Below are positions 1 to 7,731 of a DNA stretch of 34,124 nucleotides, one piece after another. Made by a program: the position numbers and the translations under genes. The stretch comes from Candidatus Thorarchaeota archaeon (GTDB lineage: Archaea > Asgardarchaeota > Thorarchaeia > Thorarchaeales > Thorarchaeaceae). The DNA lies in the NCBI GenBank assembly GCA_016840855.1, contig JAEORO010000116.1:1-34124 (forward strand), written 5' to 3'. Under the pieces are notes generated by a model, which had not been told where the DNA came from, ran no database searches, and was given only the letters and a program-made list of their open reading frames with translations. Within the stretch, counting starts at the first letter, position 1. Every line of letters begins with the position of its first letter.

Positions 1-87
1 ATAGACTCAAGTCTTGCATCCCTCAAAAAAGGGTGAAAATCCCTCTTAGACTGTCGCACCACCACGCATCCGTCGGAGTTCTAAGAA

Positions 88-255
88 ATGGCTGAAACCT
101 ATGTCATCCCAATAGGCAACATTCCTTCGCGCAAGTTGAGGAAGACTGTCAAGGTCTTCATCAAAGGAGAGGATGTTTTCCTATTTGATGATGATGGGCA
201 TGAATTTGGAGTCACTCTTGAAAAGAATCAGCTTATTCTCAAGCATGATGTATAG
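88..255 (+). CDS. small hypothetical protein (55 aa), not in the ORF track
   Basis: ATG at 88 and TAG at 253-255. Translates to MAETYVIPIGNIPSRKLRKTVKVFIKGEDVFLFDDDGHEFGVTLEKNQLILKHDV, with a GGAG about 10 nt upstream and protein-like, beta-rich composition. Confidence 0.45.
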   Translation: MAETYVIPIGNIPSRKLRKTVKVFIKGEDVFLFDDDGHEFGVTLEKNQLILKHDV

Positions 256-511
256 CTAGGATACCTGGGACCCCATCTGTAGGTTTCGGCCTAAATCCGA
301 TATTTTATTCTGGTTTCTAAGTAATGTGGCAAATCTCAGCTTGCTCTTGGCTCGTCATTGCTTTCGCTCAGCCAGGGGTAACAGCTTCACAGAAATGCCA
401 CGTATTAATTGCTTATCATTTTGCTATATAGTTGTTCATTTCAAGATTCTAGGTCAACTGTCGTAAGCTTCATAGCATCGGTTTGAGGTGAAATCCTTGG
501 CGTTGTGAGTC

Positions 512-1639
512 ATGAAAAAATCCCGTATGCTAACACTGCTGAAAGAGCTCGTAGCGACGAACTCTGAAAACCCCCCTGGACATGAACTCGAAGTAGCAAA
601 AGTCTTGTGTAATCATCTTGAAGCCTATGGCATTAAGTGTACATCCATTGGTCCAGCAACGCGTCCGAACTTAATTTTCTCAAGCCATGATGGACAGAAA
701 GGCGATATCATCATGCATGGACACATGGACACTGTCCCAAGTGGTCCGATACAAAATTGGTCTCACGATCCATTCTCACCTGCGATAGTAAATGGTCGAC
801 TATACGGGCTTGGCGCTTGTGATATGAAAGGCGCAGTAGCAGCTCTTGCTGAAACCCTCATCATCTACACTGAGGAAAGACACAAAAAACCGCTCATCTT
901 TCTAGCAACTTCGGATGAGGAGAGTGGGTGTTCAGGTGCTGAAGAAGTTGCGAAGAGTGGACTTCTCAATGGGATTACATTTGGTGTCTGCGCGGAACCA
1001 ACCAACCTGCAGGTGTTAGTTGGCGAGAAAGGAATGTTTTGGTCAAAAGTCATTGCTAAAGGGAAATCTGCGCATGGATCTCGACCTGAGGACGGTATCA
1101 ATGCTATCCAAGCATGTATTGAAGCAATACATCACCTTACAGAAGAGCCCTTTCCATATGAGCCTGATGACCTCTTTGGTACTCCAACAATGAACATTGG
1201 AGTTATCGAAGGTGGCATCAAGATCAATGTTGTACCTGATAGGTGTGAGGCTCAGCTTGACATGCGGACTGTTAAAGCTCAAGAACCTGATACTCTTCTC
1301 AAGGCAATGAACGCCAGACTTGATCAGGCAGGACTATCTGACAGAGTCAGGGTGGATTATATCCATGGAAAGCCAGCGGTATTTACACCAACAGATTCTA
1401 AAATCGTTGGCTTAACAAAGACTGCTGTAGAACATATTACTGGTAAGAGTCCCTTAGTGGGAACTGCCACCTATGGAACAGATTGTTCGGTATTGCAACC
1501 AAAAATTGGTATTCTAAATGTTATCTGTGGACCCGGCTCCATTAAACAAGTTCATCAGCCAAATGAGTACATCTCGCTCGAAGAACTGTATCAATCAGTT
1601 AATGTTTATCTGGAGATTGCTCGTCATTTTGGAGATTGA
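512..1639 (+). CDS. M20 family metallohydrolase (ArgE/DapE-like deacylase)
   Basis: Motifs HGHMDTVP, GLGACDMKG, DEESG, CAEPT, GKSAHGS, GGIKINVVP and GPGSIKQVHQPNEY. Confidence 0.92.
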   Translation: MKKSRMLTLLKELVATNSENPPGHELEVAKVLCNHLEAYGIKCTSIGPATRPNLIFSSHDGQKGDIIMHGHMDTVPSGPIQNWSHDPFSPAIVNGRLYGLGACDMKGAVAALAETLIIYTEERHKKPLIFLATSDEESGCSGAEEVAKSGLLNGITFGVCAEPTNLQVLVGEKGMFWSKVIAKGKSAHGSRPEDGINAIQACIEAIHHLTEEPFPYEPDDLFGTPTMNIGVIEGGIKINVVPDRCEAQLDMRTVKAQEPDTLLKAMNARLDQAGLSDRVRVDYIHGKPAVFTPTDSKIVGLTKTAVEHITGKSPLVGTATYGTDCSVLQPKIGILNVICGPGSIKQVHQPNEYISLEELYQSVNVYLEIARHFGD

Positions 1640-1735
1640 GAACTTTGATGTCCCATCAGGAATAACCTTAAAGTTCACATTGTATGAGGAACAATAGACT
1701 GATGTCATTAAAAAACATCAGAGGGGCGATCACAA

Positions 1736-2260
1736 ATGCAAATACCAGAGCTTTTCGAAACAATCCTTGAGTTCATATTAAGCCCGATCTTTCTATTCGC
1801 TGTTGTTATGATTATTGTTGTGGTCGCTGTTCGTTATGGGACGAGATCTAAATCATCATCTGGTGTTCCGGTTTTGAAACAAATGCGTCGAATGGCTACT
1901 GAAATCGATAAAGGAAAAACCATCTCTGAGCCTAGTGTAAAATCTCGCCAAGACATAATTACACAGAAATTCAATTCCCAAATGAAAGCAATCGGTCTTG
2001 AACCAGCAACCGAAAGTGGTTATATTCCAGTTTCATACACACCTCTTGCTCGCTTTCTTAAGGAACGAGGCGTGCAAGATGATACTGTTAGTGCTATCCT
2101 TGCTGGTCTAATGGAGGAAGAAAACGAAACAGACGTTAGAGCTATAATAACTGCAGCTTCTGAAACGCCTGGTGTAGATCTTACCGGAGCTGAATTGGCA
2201 AAAGCTCAAGACTTAGCAGTGTCTGAATGGACAAACGTTAGAAGGTCCAGAAGTGTTTAG
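1736..2260 (+). CDS. small single-pass membrane protein with a cytoplasmic helical domain
   Basis: N-terminal hydrophobic helix (FILSPIFLFAVVMIIVVVAV) followed by basic residues. GAGGGG lies upstream. It shares a motif with the tail of the giant protein. Confidence 0.8.
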   Translation: MQIPELFETILEFILSPIFLFAVVMIIVVVAVRYGTRSKSSSGVPVLKQMRRMATEIDKGKTISEPSVKSRQDIITQKFNSQMKAIGLEPATESGYIPVSYTPLARFLKERGVQDDTVSAILAGLMEEENETDVRAIITAASETPGVDLTGAELAKAQDLAVSEWTNVRRSRSV

Positions 2261-2272
2261 GGGTCTTCAATA

Positions 2273-2995
2273 TTGACTGAACTTCTTCATATGAATGACA
2301 ATTACCTTAGAGAGTTTGATGCAATTGTTGAATCAGCTGGTAAGGATTACGTGGTTTTGAACAGGACTGCTTTTTATCCAGAAGGTGGAGGTCAATCCTC
2401 TGATCATGGGACTTTAACAAATGGTTCAAGAACTGTGAAAGTCTTGGATGTTCGAAAAGAAGAACGCGAAATACGGCATAAGCTCGATGGTCCGCCTTTC
2501 AAGATTGGAAGCAAAATACACGGTGAAATTGACTGGACTCGCCGATACGAATGCATGCGCTTTCATACATGCCAACATATACTCTCTCGATATCTTCAGT
2601 TAAAGTATAACGTGGAAACAGTTGGGAACATGATTAAACCTGAAGAGAGCAGGGCCGACTACTCCCCCTTAGAGGCTTTTGATGATGAGATGAAGCGTAA
2701 GGTCGAAGTAGGAGTAAATGAAATCTTAAATCAGAATATTGATGTTAAAATTCAGTTTATGCCGCGATCCGTAGCAATTGTTTTTCTTCAAGAGCGTGGT
2801 TATCAAACAAGATACCTCGAGATGGTGCCAAATTCGGTACAGGAGTTCAGAGTTTTGATAATTGGCGATTTTGATGCGGCATCATGTGCTGGTACTCATG
2901 TTAGGAACACTCGTGAGATTGGCCACATACAGATTGGAAAGTCAAAAAATGTGGGAGCTGGCAAGAGACGAATCTATTTCAAATTGATAGATTAG
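2273..2995 (+). CDS. alaX: alanyl-tRNA editing protein AlaX (AlaX-M type)
   Basis: TTG start, TAFYPEGGGQ, Zn ligands HTCQH and CAGTH, C-terminal GKRRIYF. Confidence 0.92.
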   Translation: MTELLHMNDNYLREFDAIVESAGKDYVVLNRTAFYPEGGGQSSDHGTLTNGSRTVKVLDVRKEEREIRHKLDGPPFKIGSKIHGEIDWTRRYECMRFHTCQHILSRYLQLKYNVETVGNMIKPEESRADYSPLEAFDDEMKRKVEVGVNEILNQNIDVKIQFMPRSVAIVFLQERGYQTRYLEMVPNSVQEFRVLIIGDFDAASCAGTHVRNTREIGHIQIGKSKNVGAGKRRIYFKLID

Positions 2996-3061
2996 TACTA
3001 TTCTGCATCACAGCCAACAGTTTTATGTTTCATGTGTTGAGTAGAGATAGTGTGACTCACA

Positions 3062-4357
3062 ATGAAGGCACTCGTGCTAACAGCTGGAGAAGGTAAGCGA
3101 CTTCGGCCTATTACTACAAATCGCTCTAAGTCGATGTTGATGATTGCAGGACGCCCGGTTCTTCAATACATAATCGATAGTCTTGTAGAAAATGACATTC
3201 GTGACATCGTAATTGTCGTTGGACATGGACGTGAAGAATTGATTGATCATTTTCAAATGGGTGGAGATCAGGGAGTCAGAATTCGTTATATGATTCAGCA
3301 TAAGCAAGAAGGTGCAGAACACGCAATATTGACAGCGAGAGAGGAGCTAAATGGAGAGGAGGAATTCCTGCTGGTCAATGGCGATGTCCTTGTTGAACCC
3401 GAAATGGTCACTCGTACGCTTAGCAACCACCAGACTATGGGCAGCGATGTCACAATGTTGGTCACTTTGGTTTCTAATCCTGAACAATTTGGTACTGTTA
3501 AGATTGGTCCAAATGGTATTGTTGAAAAATTGGTAGAGAAAGGTGGTCCTGAGCGATATGTTAGTAATTATGCAGTAGCTGGAGTTTCTGTTTTCAGTAC
3601 GGATGTTCTTCCACTTCTTGAAAAGCATCACGCAATGGAACTCGCTTTTGAAGAATTCATTAAAAGTGGCAATCAAGTATCCGCTACAGTGTGGGAGAAA
3701 GAGTGGGCTGAGTTCACATGGCCTTGGGATATGCTCAATGCAAATCGGATAGTCATGGATCGTCTCCTGAAGGGAAAAGGAAGCTTCATTGCGGAATCAG
3801 CAAATGTACATTCAAGTGTGGTTATAGAAGGATCGGTCTATATCGATAAGGGTAGCATCATCCGTCCTAATACAACTCTACGTGGTCCAATATATATTGG
3901 TAAGAATGTCTATGTTGGTAACAACTCTCTTGTTCGAGATTACAGCAGTCTTTGTGATGGAGTTCGTATAGGTTATGCTGTAGAGATTCGTAATAGTATG
4001 ATCTTCGAAAGAGTCAATTTAGGAAGGATGACATATCTAGCAGATTCCATCATCGGTGCTGACACATGCATTGAAGCAGGTGCTCAACTCTGGAACTGGC
4101 GTCCTGGGGGTGAACCACTTTATCTCAAACAAAAAGAGGAGACAGTAAAAGTCCCCCTTAACAAATTTGGAGTCATTGTTGGTGATAATGTTGTCATTGG
4201 CGTTAATGCATCAATATATCCTGCTACCAGGATTGGAGAAGATAGTGTAATTTCAGCAGGATGTGTGGTGCAAGAAGATATACCGCCGCGGAGTGATGTA
4301 ACACTCCAACAAAAGCTAAAGATTACAGAACGTAAGGATCTGAAAGGACGTGATTAG
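3062..4357 (+). CDS. bifunctional sugar-1-phosphate nucleotidylyltransferase/acetyltransferase (archaeal GlmU-like)
   Basis: N-terminal LTAGEGKRLRP nucleotidyltransferase motif, VNGD, and C-terminal hexapeptide (LbH) repeats. Confidence 0.88.
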   Translation: MKALVLTAGEGKRLRPITTNRSKSMLMIAGRPVLQYIIDSLVENDIRDIVIVVGHGREELIDHFQMGGDQGVRIRYMIQHKQEGAEHAILTAREELNGEEEFLLVNGDVLVEPEMVTRTLSNHQTMGSDVTMLVTLVSNPEQFGTVKIGPNGIVEKLVEKGGPERYVSNYAVAGVSVFSTDVLPLLEKHHAMELAFEEFIKSGNQVSATVWEKEWAEFTWPWDMLNANRIVMDRLLKGKGSFIAESANVHSSVVIEGSVYIDKGSIIRPNTTLRGPIYIGKNVYVGNNSLVRDYSSLCDGVRIGYAVEIRNSMIFERVNLGRMTYLADSIIGADTCIEAGAQLWNWRPGGEPLYLKQKEETVKVPLNKFGVIVGDNVVIGVNASIYPATRIGEDSVISAGCVVQEDIPPRSDVTLQQKLKITERKDLKGRD

Positions 4358-4361
4358 AGAA

Positions 4362-5072
4362 CTAGAATTCACTCAATGATAGCTTTGCTACTAAAATCTC
4401 ATCAGCATAAACATTCATTGCATTTTCACATTCAACTAACTTGATATCTGGGTTGTCCATATCTTCTGGTAAAAAGATTCGATGCCCTTCAATAATCATA
4501 CTAGTTCTGTATTCGTTATCCAGAATTATGATATCATGACTAATCCTGATTGGCGCAGATGGTTTTACTGGAATAAGTCCAACTTTGTAAAGAAGTGCAT
4601 CAAGTTGGCGAGTTTCAAGGTCTGTCAGTTGTAATCTGATTGATTCATAACCTAGGTACCTATCTTTCCCTGAACGTATTTCATGATCCTGATACTTTCC
4701 TGCAAATAATCTCTCTACTGCTAAATAAGGCCCCAGCCCTCTAGAAAGCACATCTCCATCGGTATTGAGTTCACTCATTCCTTTGTCTTTAGTTGCTGGA
4801 TGACTCAGTTCATGCGAGATTAATCCTGTCACTGCTGCATCATGCCAATCTTTCACATCTCTGCTGATTCTTATTGATATTTTATTGCTTGATTCTTCCC
4901 ACCGAATTTGCGCGAAGCTCGATGTTTTTCTCCAAGTAACATCTATTGTATATCTTTGAAGTTCTGGATATGCTAGTCTAACAAGTTTCTCAGATAATAT
5001 ACCAATATCCAGAACTTTAGTCAAAGCATTTAGAGCTCCTTCGTTATTTCTAAAAAAGCGAGCAATGAGCAT
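4362..5072 (-). CDS. hypothetical protein, putative zincin-type metallopeptidase
   Basis: 236 aa ORF with an HExxH motif (GLISHELSH) followed by a downstream E/D-containing helix. Confidence 0.6.
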   Translation of the reverse strand: MLIARFFRNNEGALNALTKVLDIGILSEKLVRLAYPELQRYTIDVTWRKTSSFAQIRWEESSNKISIRISRDVKDWHDAAVTGLISHELSHPATKDKGMSELNTDGDVLSRGLGPYLAVERLFAGKYQDHEIRSGKDRYLGYESIRLQLTDLETRQLDALLYKVGLIPVKPSAPIRISHDIIILDNEYRTSMIIEGHRIFLPEDMDNPDIKLVECENAMNVYADEILVAKLSLSEF

Positions 5073-5138
5073 CTTTAAAAGTCAATCCCGGATTTTCCGC
5101 CGTGAACCTAGTAACAGGTATCTAGGAGAGTAATTACT

Positions 5139-6020
5139 ATCAGCCGTAAAAAGTGGGGCAAAACAGCCACAAAGACCGAGAGAGTTATTCGAGATGCAAT
5201 TCCAAAACCTGATACTCAATCAGGAATCGAGGAATATCTCATGAAGGCAAAATCCGTAACATGTTATGATTTAGCTAATCGGTTCAATATTCGAATGAGC
5301 ATAGCACGTAGAATTCTAAAAGAAAAAGAGGCTGAGGGATCTGTTGTCCCTTATATCCGTGAAGGTGGATTTGTGGTCTATACTACACCCTCTGAATTAG
5401 AGAAGCGAGAAGGTGGCTCTCCAATAATGGTGGCTGATGCTCTCGAGGAAATCGCATCAAGTGTTCATAAAGAACCTGTGATTACCGAAGAGATGGATCT
5501 TGCTCTTGCTGCCGCATCAAGTCCAGAATTAGTTAAGCCAAGCAAACTTGCTTTCAAACGCAGAGAGGCTGGTGAGAAGAAGGAGCGTAAAGACACTCGT
5601 CCGGAGATTATTGTTGAGCCTTTGGAAACCCCTGCCCCTAGAGCAGAACCAAGAATGGAGAGAGAGGAAGAGGACGAGATTTCTAAGAAGAAACCAGCTC
5701 CCAAGAAAGCTCCAAGGAAAAAACCTGAGGATAAACCTGCTCCTAAGAAAGAAGCTGTAAAGAAAACTGAAGAAAAGAAGGCTGAAAAGAAAGCGGCTCC
5801 TAAAGCTAAAACAAAGAAGGACGCCGAGAAGAAGGAAGTTCCTAAGAAGACCGCTAAGAAGGAAGCCGAGAAGAAGGAAGCTCCTAAGAAGACCACTAAG
5901 AAGAAAGCTGATGAGAAGAAAGCTCCTAAGAAGACCACTAAGAAGGAAGCTGAGAAGAAGGAAGCTCCTAAGAAGACCACTAAGAAGAAAACTGATGAGA
6001 AGAAGTCTACAAAGAAATAG
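5139..6020 (+). CDS. rps25e: 30S ribosomal protein eS25 with a long Lys/Glu-rich C-terminal extension; probable non-canonical ATC start
   Basis: The frame upstream of ATG 5241 encodes SRKKWGK (eS25 KKWSK motif). The core VTCYDLANRFNIRMSIARRILKE...VVYT matches the eS25 winged helix. AGGAGAG lies at 5124-5130 and there is an in-frame stop at 5112-5114. Confidence 0.8.
   Translation: MSRKKWGKTATKTERVIRDAIPKPDTQSGIEEYLMKAKSVTCYDLANRFNIRMSIARRILKEKEAEGSVVPYIREGGFVVYTTPSELEKREGGSPIMVADALEEIASSVHKEPVITEEMDLALAAASSPELVKPSKLAFKRREAGEKKERKDTRPEIIVEPLETPAPRAEPRMEREEEDEISKKKPAPKKAPRKKPEDKPAPKKEAVKKTEEKKAEKKAAPKAKTKKDAEKKEVPKKTAKKEAEKKEAPKKTTKKKADEKKAPKKTTKKEAEKKEAPKKTTKKKTDEKKSTKK
5814..6017 (+). repeat. 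42-bp (14 aa) tandem repeat, about 5 copies, KKEAEKKEAPKKTT-type, within rps25e
   Basis: Units KKDAEKKEVPKKTA / KKEAEKKEAPKKTT / KKKADEKKAPKKTT / KKEAEKKEAPKKTT / KKKTDEKKSTKK, with recurrent gctcctaagaagaccactaagaag. Confidence 0.9.
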
Positions 6021-6100
6021 TGCAAAAATACATTCATGCGCAATCCTTTGTCTTCTTCCTAGAGTGGATGGTCACCACTTATTTTGATAAGCTGAAATAT

Positions 6101-6166
6101 AAAAAAAAGATATTTTGGTCTCGCACTCATCTATCAAAGACTGAAAGATACACTAGTGCGAGCCAA
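6101..6166 (-). terminator. hairpin plus T-tract between convergent genes
   Basis: CTCGCACT (6120-6127) pairs with AGTGCGAG (6155-6162), extended by TTGG/CCAA. The A-run at 6101-6108 gives a U-tract downstream on the minus strand. Confidence 0.55.
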
Positions 6167-6191
6167 TAATGTTGTCTTATACTGACTGATG

Positions 6192-6788
6192 TTACTTCAG
6201 AGCAGCAATCTGCTTATCAACGTCTTCTAGCTGTGTATCTAACTCGGACTCTTTGGTTTTATATTCATCTTCGGGAATGTATCCTCGCATGTAGTCAAAA
6301 CGCAAGTCAGTGAGTTGAGCTTTAAGTCTATCTTTTTGCTGAAGCAGGAAGTCCAACTGGTCACTACCTTCTGCTGGTGTAGCTTCTACAGATGCTACTG
6401 GCTCAGGTTCTACTGCAGGTTCTGGCTCAGGCTCTGGCTCAGGTTCAAGCGCCGGTTCAGGAGCCGCCTCAACTACTGGTTCTGGAGTTGGTGCGGTAGC
6501 TGTGGTCTTAATCTCCGGCGCAGGTGCAGGCTTAGCTGCAGAGGCCGGAGTCTCAACTTTTGGGGCATCTGTTTTGATGCTTTCCATTTTCTCCATATTC
6601 TGCCTCAGAGCTTCTATCTGATTGGCTATCTCTGTGAAGCTATCATTAATCGTTTTGTTGATAGACATCTTCATTTTCGTGAAGTTTTCAGCCAATTGGT
6701 CCGCAAGCTTTTTGGTTTCAGCCACGTTATCGGCGAAGTCTTCGATTTCCTTTAGTTTCTCCATTATAGCGTGAATATCAAAGGACAT
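6192..6788 (-). CDS. coiled-coil protein with a Pro/Glu linker and a SHOCT/CdvA-like C-terminal helical hairpin
   Basis: N-terminal heptad coil, PEPEPE linker, C-terminal LRFDYMRGYIPEDEYKTKESEL. GGTGA SD upstream. Confidence 0.75.
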   Translation of the reverse strand: MSFDIHAIMEKLKEIEDFADNVAETKKLADQLAENFTKMKMSINKTINDSFTEIANQIEALRQNMEKMESIKTDAPKVETPASAAKPAPAPEIKTTATAPTPEPVVEAAPEPALEPEPEPEPEPAVEPEPVASVEATPAEGSDQLDFLLQQKDRLKAQLTDLRFDYMRGYIPEDEYKTKESELDTQLEDVDKQIAALK

Positions 6789-6879
6789 GTATAGTCACCC
6801 AAGTGCGCTAGTTACGTGGTTTATCCCCGTATTTAGTTCTTAACCTTTGCCTTGACGGATACATAAAGTGATTATTATC

Positions 6880-7731
6880 TCAAGCAGCTTTTGCTTCAGC
6901 CTTACCCTCAAGAATAGCTCTTCTAATTAGCTGAATTAATCTGTCACGATATGAAATATCAATGGCTACAAGTTCATAGGTTGGAATTCCAAGAATTTGC
7001 CCAACTCTTTCTGGAGTTAAGGCAGTTGGCAGATCTTGTTTGTTTGCTATACCGAGAACCTTAGCATCAGGAACCTCGTCTTTCACAAGAGTAACTAGCT
7101 TCTTACTCCTCAATACATTCTCCAGCGTACTGTCTGTAACTATTATCACAACTTGTGCGTTAGCAATCATCTTCGCCCAGAGGATGCTAAATCGCGATTG
7201 GCCTGCCAAATCCCACAGAACTATGTTTGCATTCTCAACCTCTTCGGGTAACTTCTTGATAGACACACCTATTGTTGGATCGTGAACAAGTGGAAGTGTT
7301 TCTCCTCGAAGAAGATGCAGAGTAGTGGTTTTTCCAACACCAGCAAAACCAAGAATTGCTACTTTCACCATTGTGACCGCAATCTCATCGACTTTCTCAT
7401 CGAATCCATCCAAAGGTTGATTCGCCGCAGCTAGGTTCGCATAATCCCGCATAAATGAATCAACCAGCTGACCCATTTTTTCTTCAATTTGAGTGGCATC
7501 ATCTGCTTTGTCAGCAACAAACATGAATGTGAAATCATCCTTCTTCGCGTAGAAGATTCGTGAAATTGCAGCATTCATGAACTCTGTTTTATTTTCAAGA
7601 TCGATATTCCTCAAGAAGTGCGTGAGGTTAACTAGAAATTCAACTAAATCTGCTTTAGATTCACTCTTGGCATAATCTTTGGAATAGAGCATATTTCCCT
7701 GTTCACCAAGAACATAGACACTTCTGATCAT
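6880..7731 (-). CDS. Arf-like small GTPase with an N-terminal longin domain
   Basis: G1 GFAGVGKTT, G2 PTIG, G3 WDLAGQ, switch-II FSILW, G4 NKQDLP. The N-terminal MIRSVYVLGEQGNMLYSKDY is a typical longin/sigma-adaptin-like start. Confidence 0.88.
   Translation of the reverse strand: MIRSVYVLGEQGNMLYSKDYAKSESKADLVEFLVNLTHFLRNIDLENKTEFMNAAISRIFYAKKDDFTFMFVADKADDATQIEEKMGQLVDSFMRDYANLAAANQPLDGFDEKVDEIAVTMVKVAILGFAGVGKTTTLHLLRGETLPLVHDPTIGVSIKKLPEEVENANIVLWDLAGQSRFSILWAKMIANAQVVIIVTDSTLENVLRSKKLVTLVKDEVPDAKVLGIANKQDLPTALTPERVGQILGIPTYELVAIDISYRDRLIQLIRRAILEGKAEAKAA

Noticed and set aside
5814-6017. Short tandem repeats as a possible CRISPR array
   Set aside because: The repeats are contiguous, in-frame and coding, with no unique spacers and no cas genes.
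5465-6043. 192-aa Phe/Leu-rich minus-strand ORF resembling a membrane protein
   Set aside because: It is the antisense shadow of the Lys/Glu repeat tail of rps25e (AAG/GAA codons read as CTT/TTC).
6115-6166. Hairpin as a possible SECIS element
   Set aside because: I see no AUGA/GA core with an apical AA arrangement and no in-frame TGA selenoprotein candidate nearby. A terminator is the simpler reading.
6315-6755. 146-aa Trp/Arg/Cys-rich plus-strand ORF
   Set aside because: It is antisense to the Pro/Glu linker of 6192-6788, and its composition is explained by the shadow frame.
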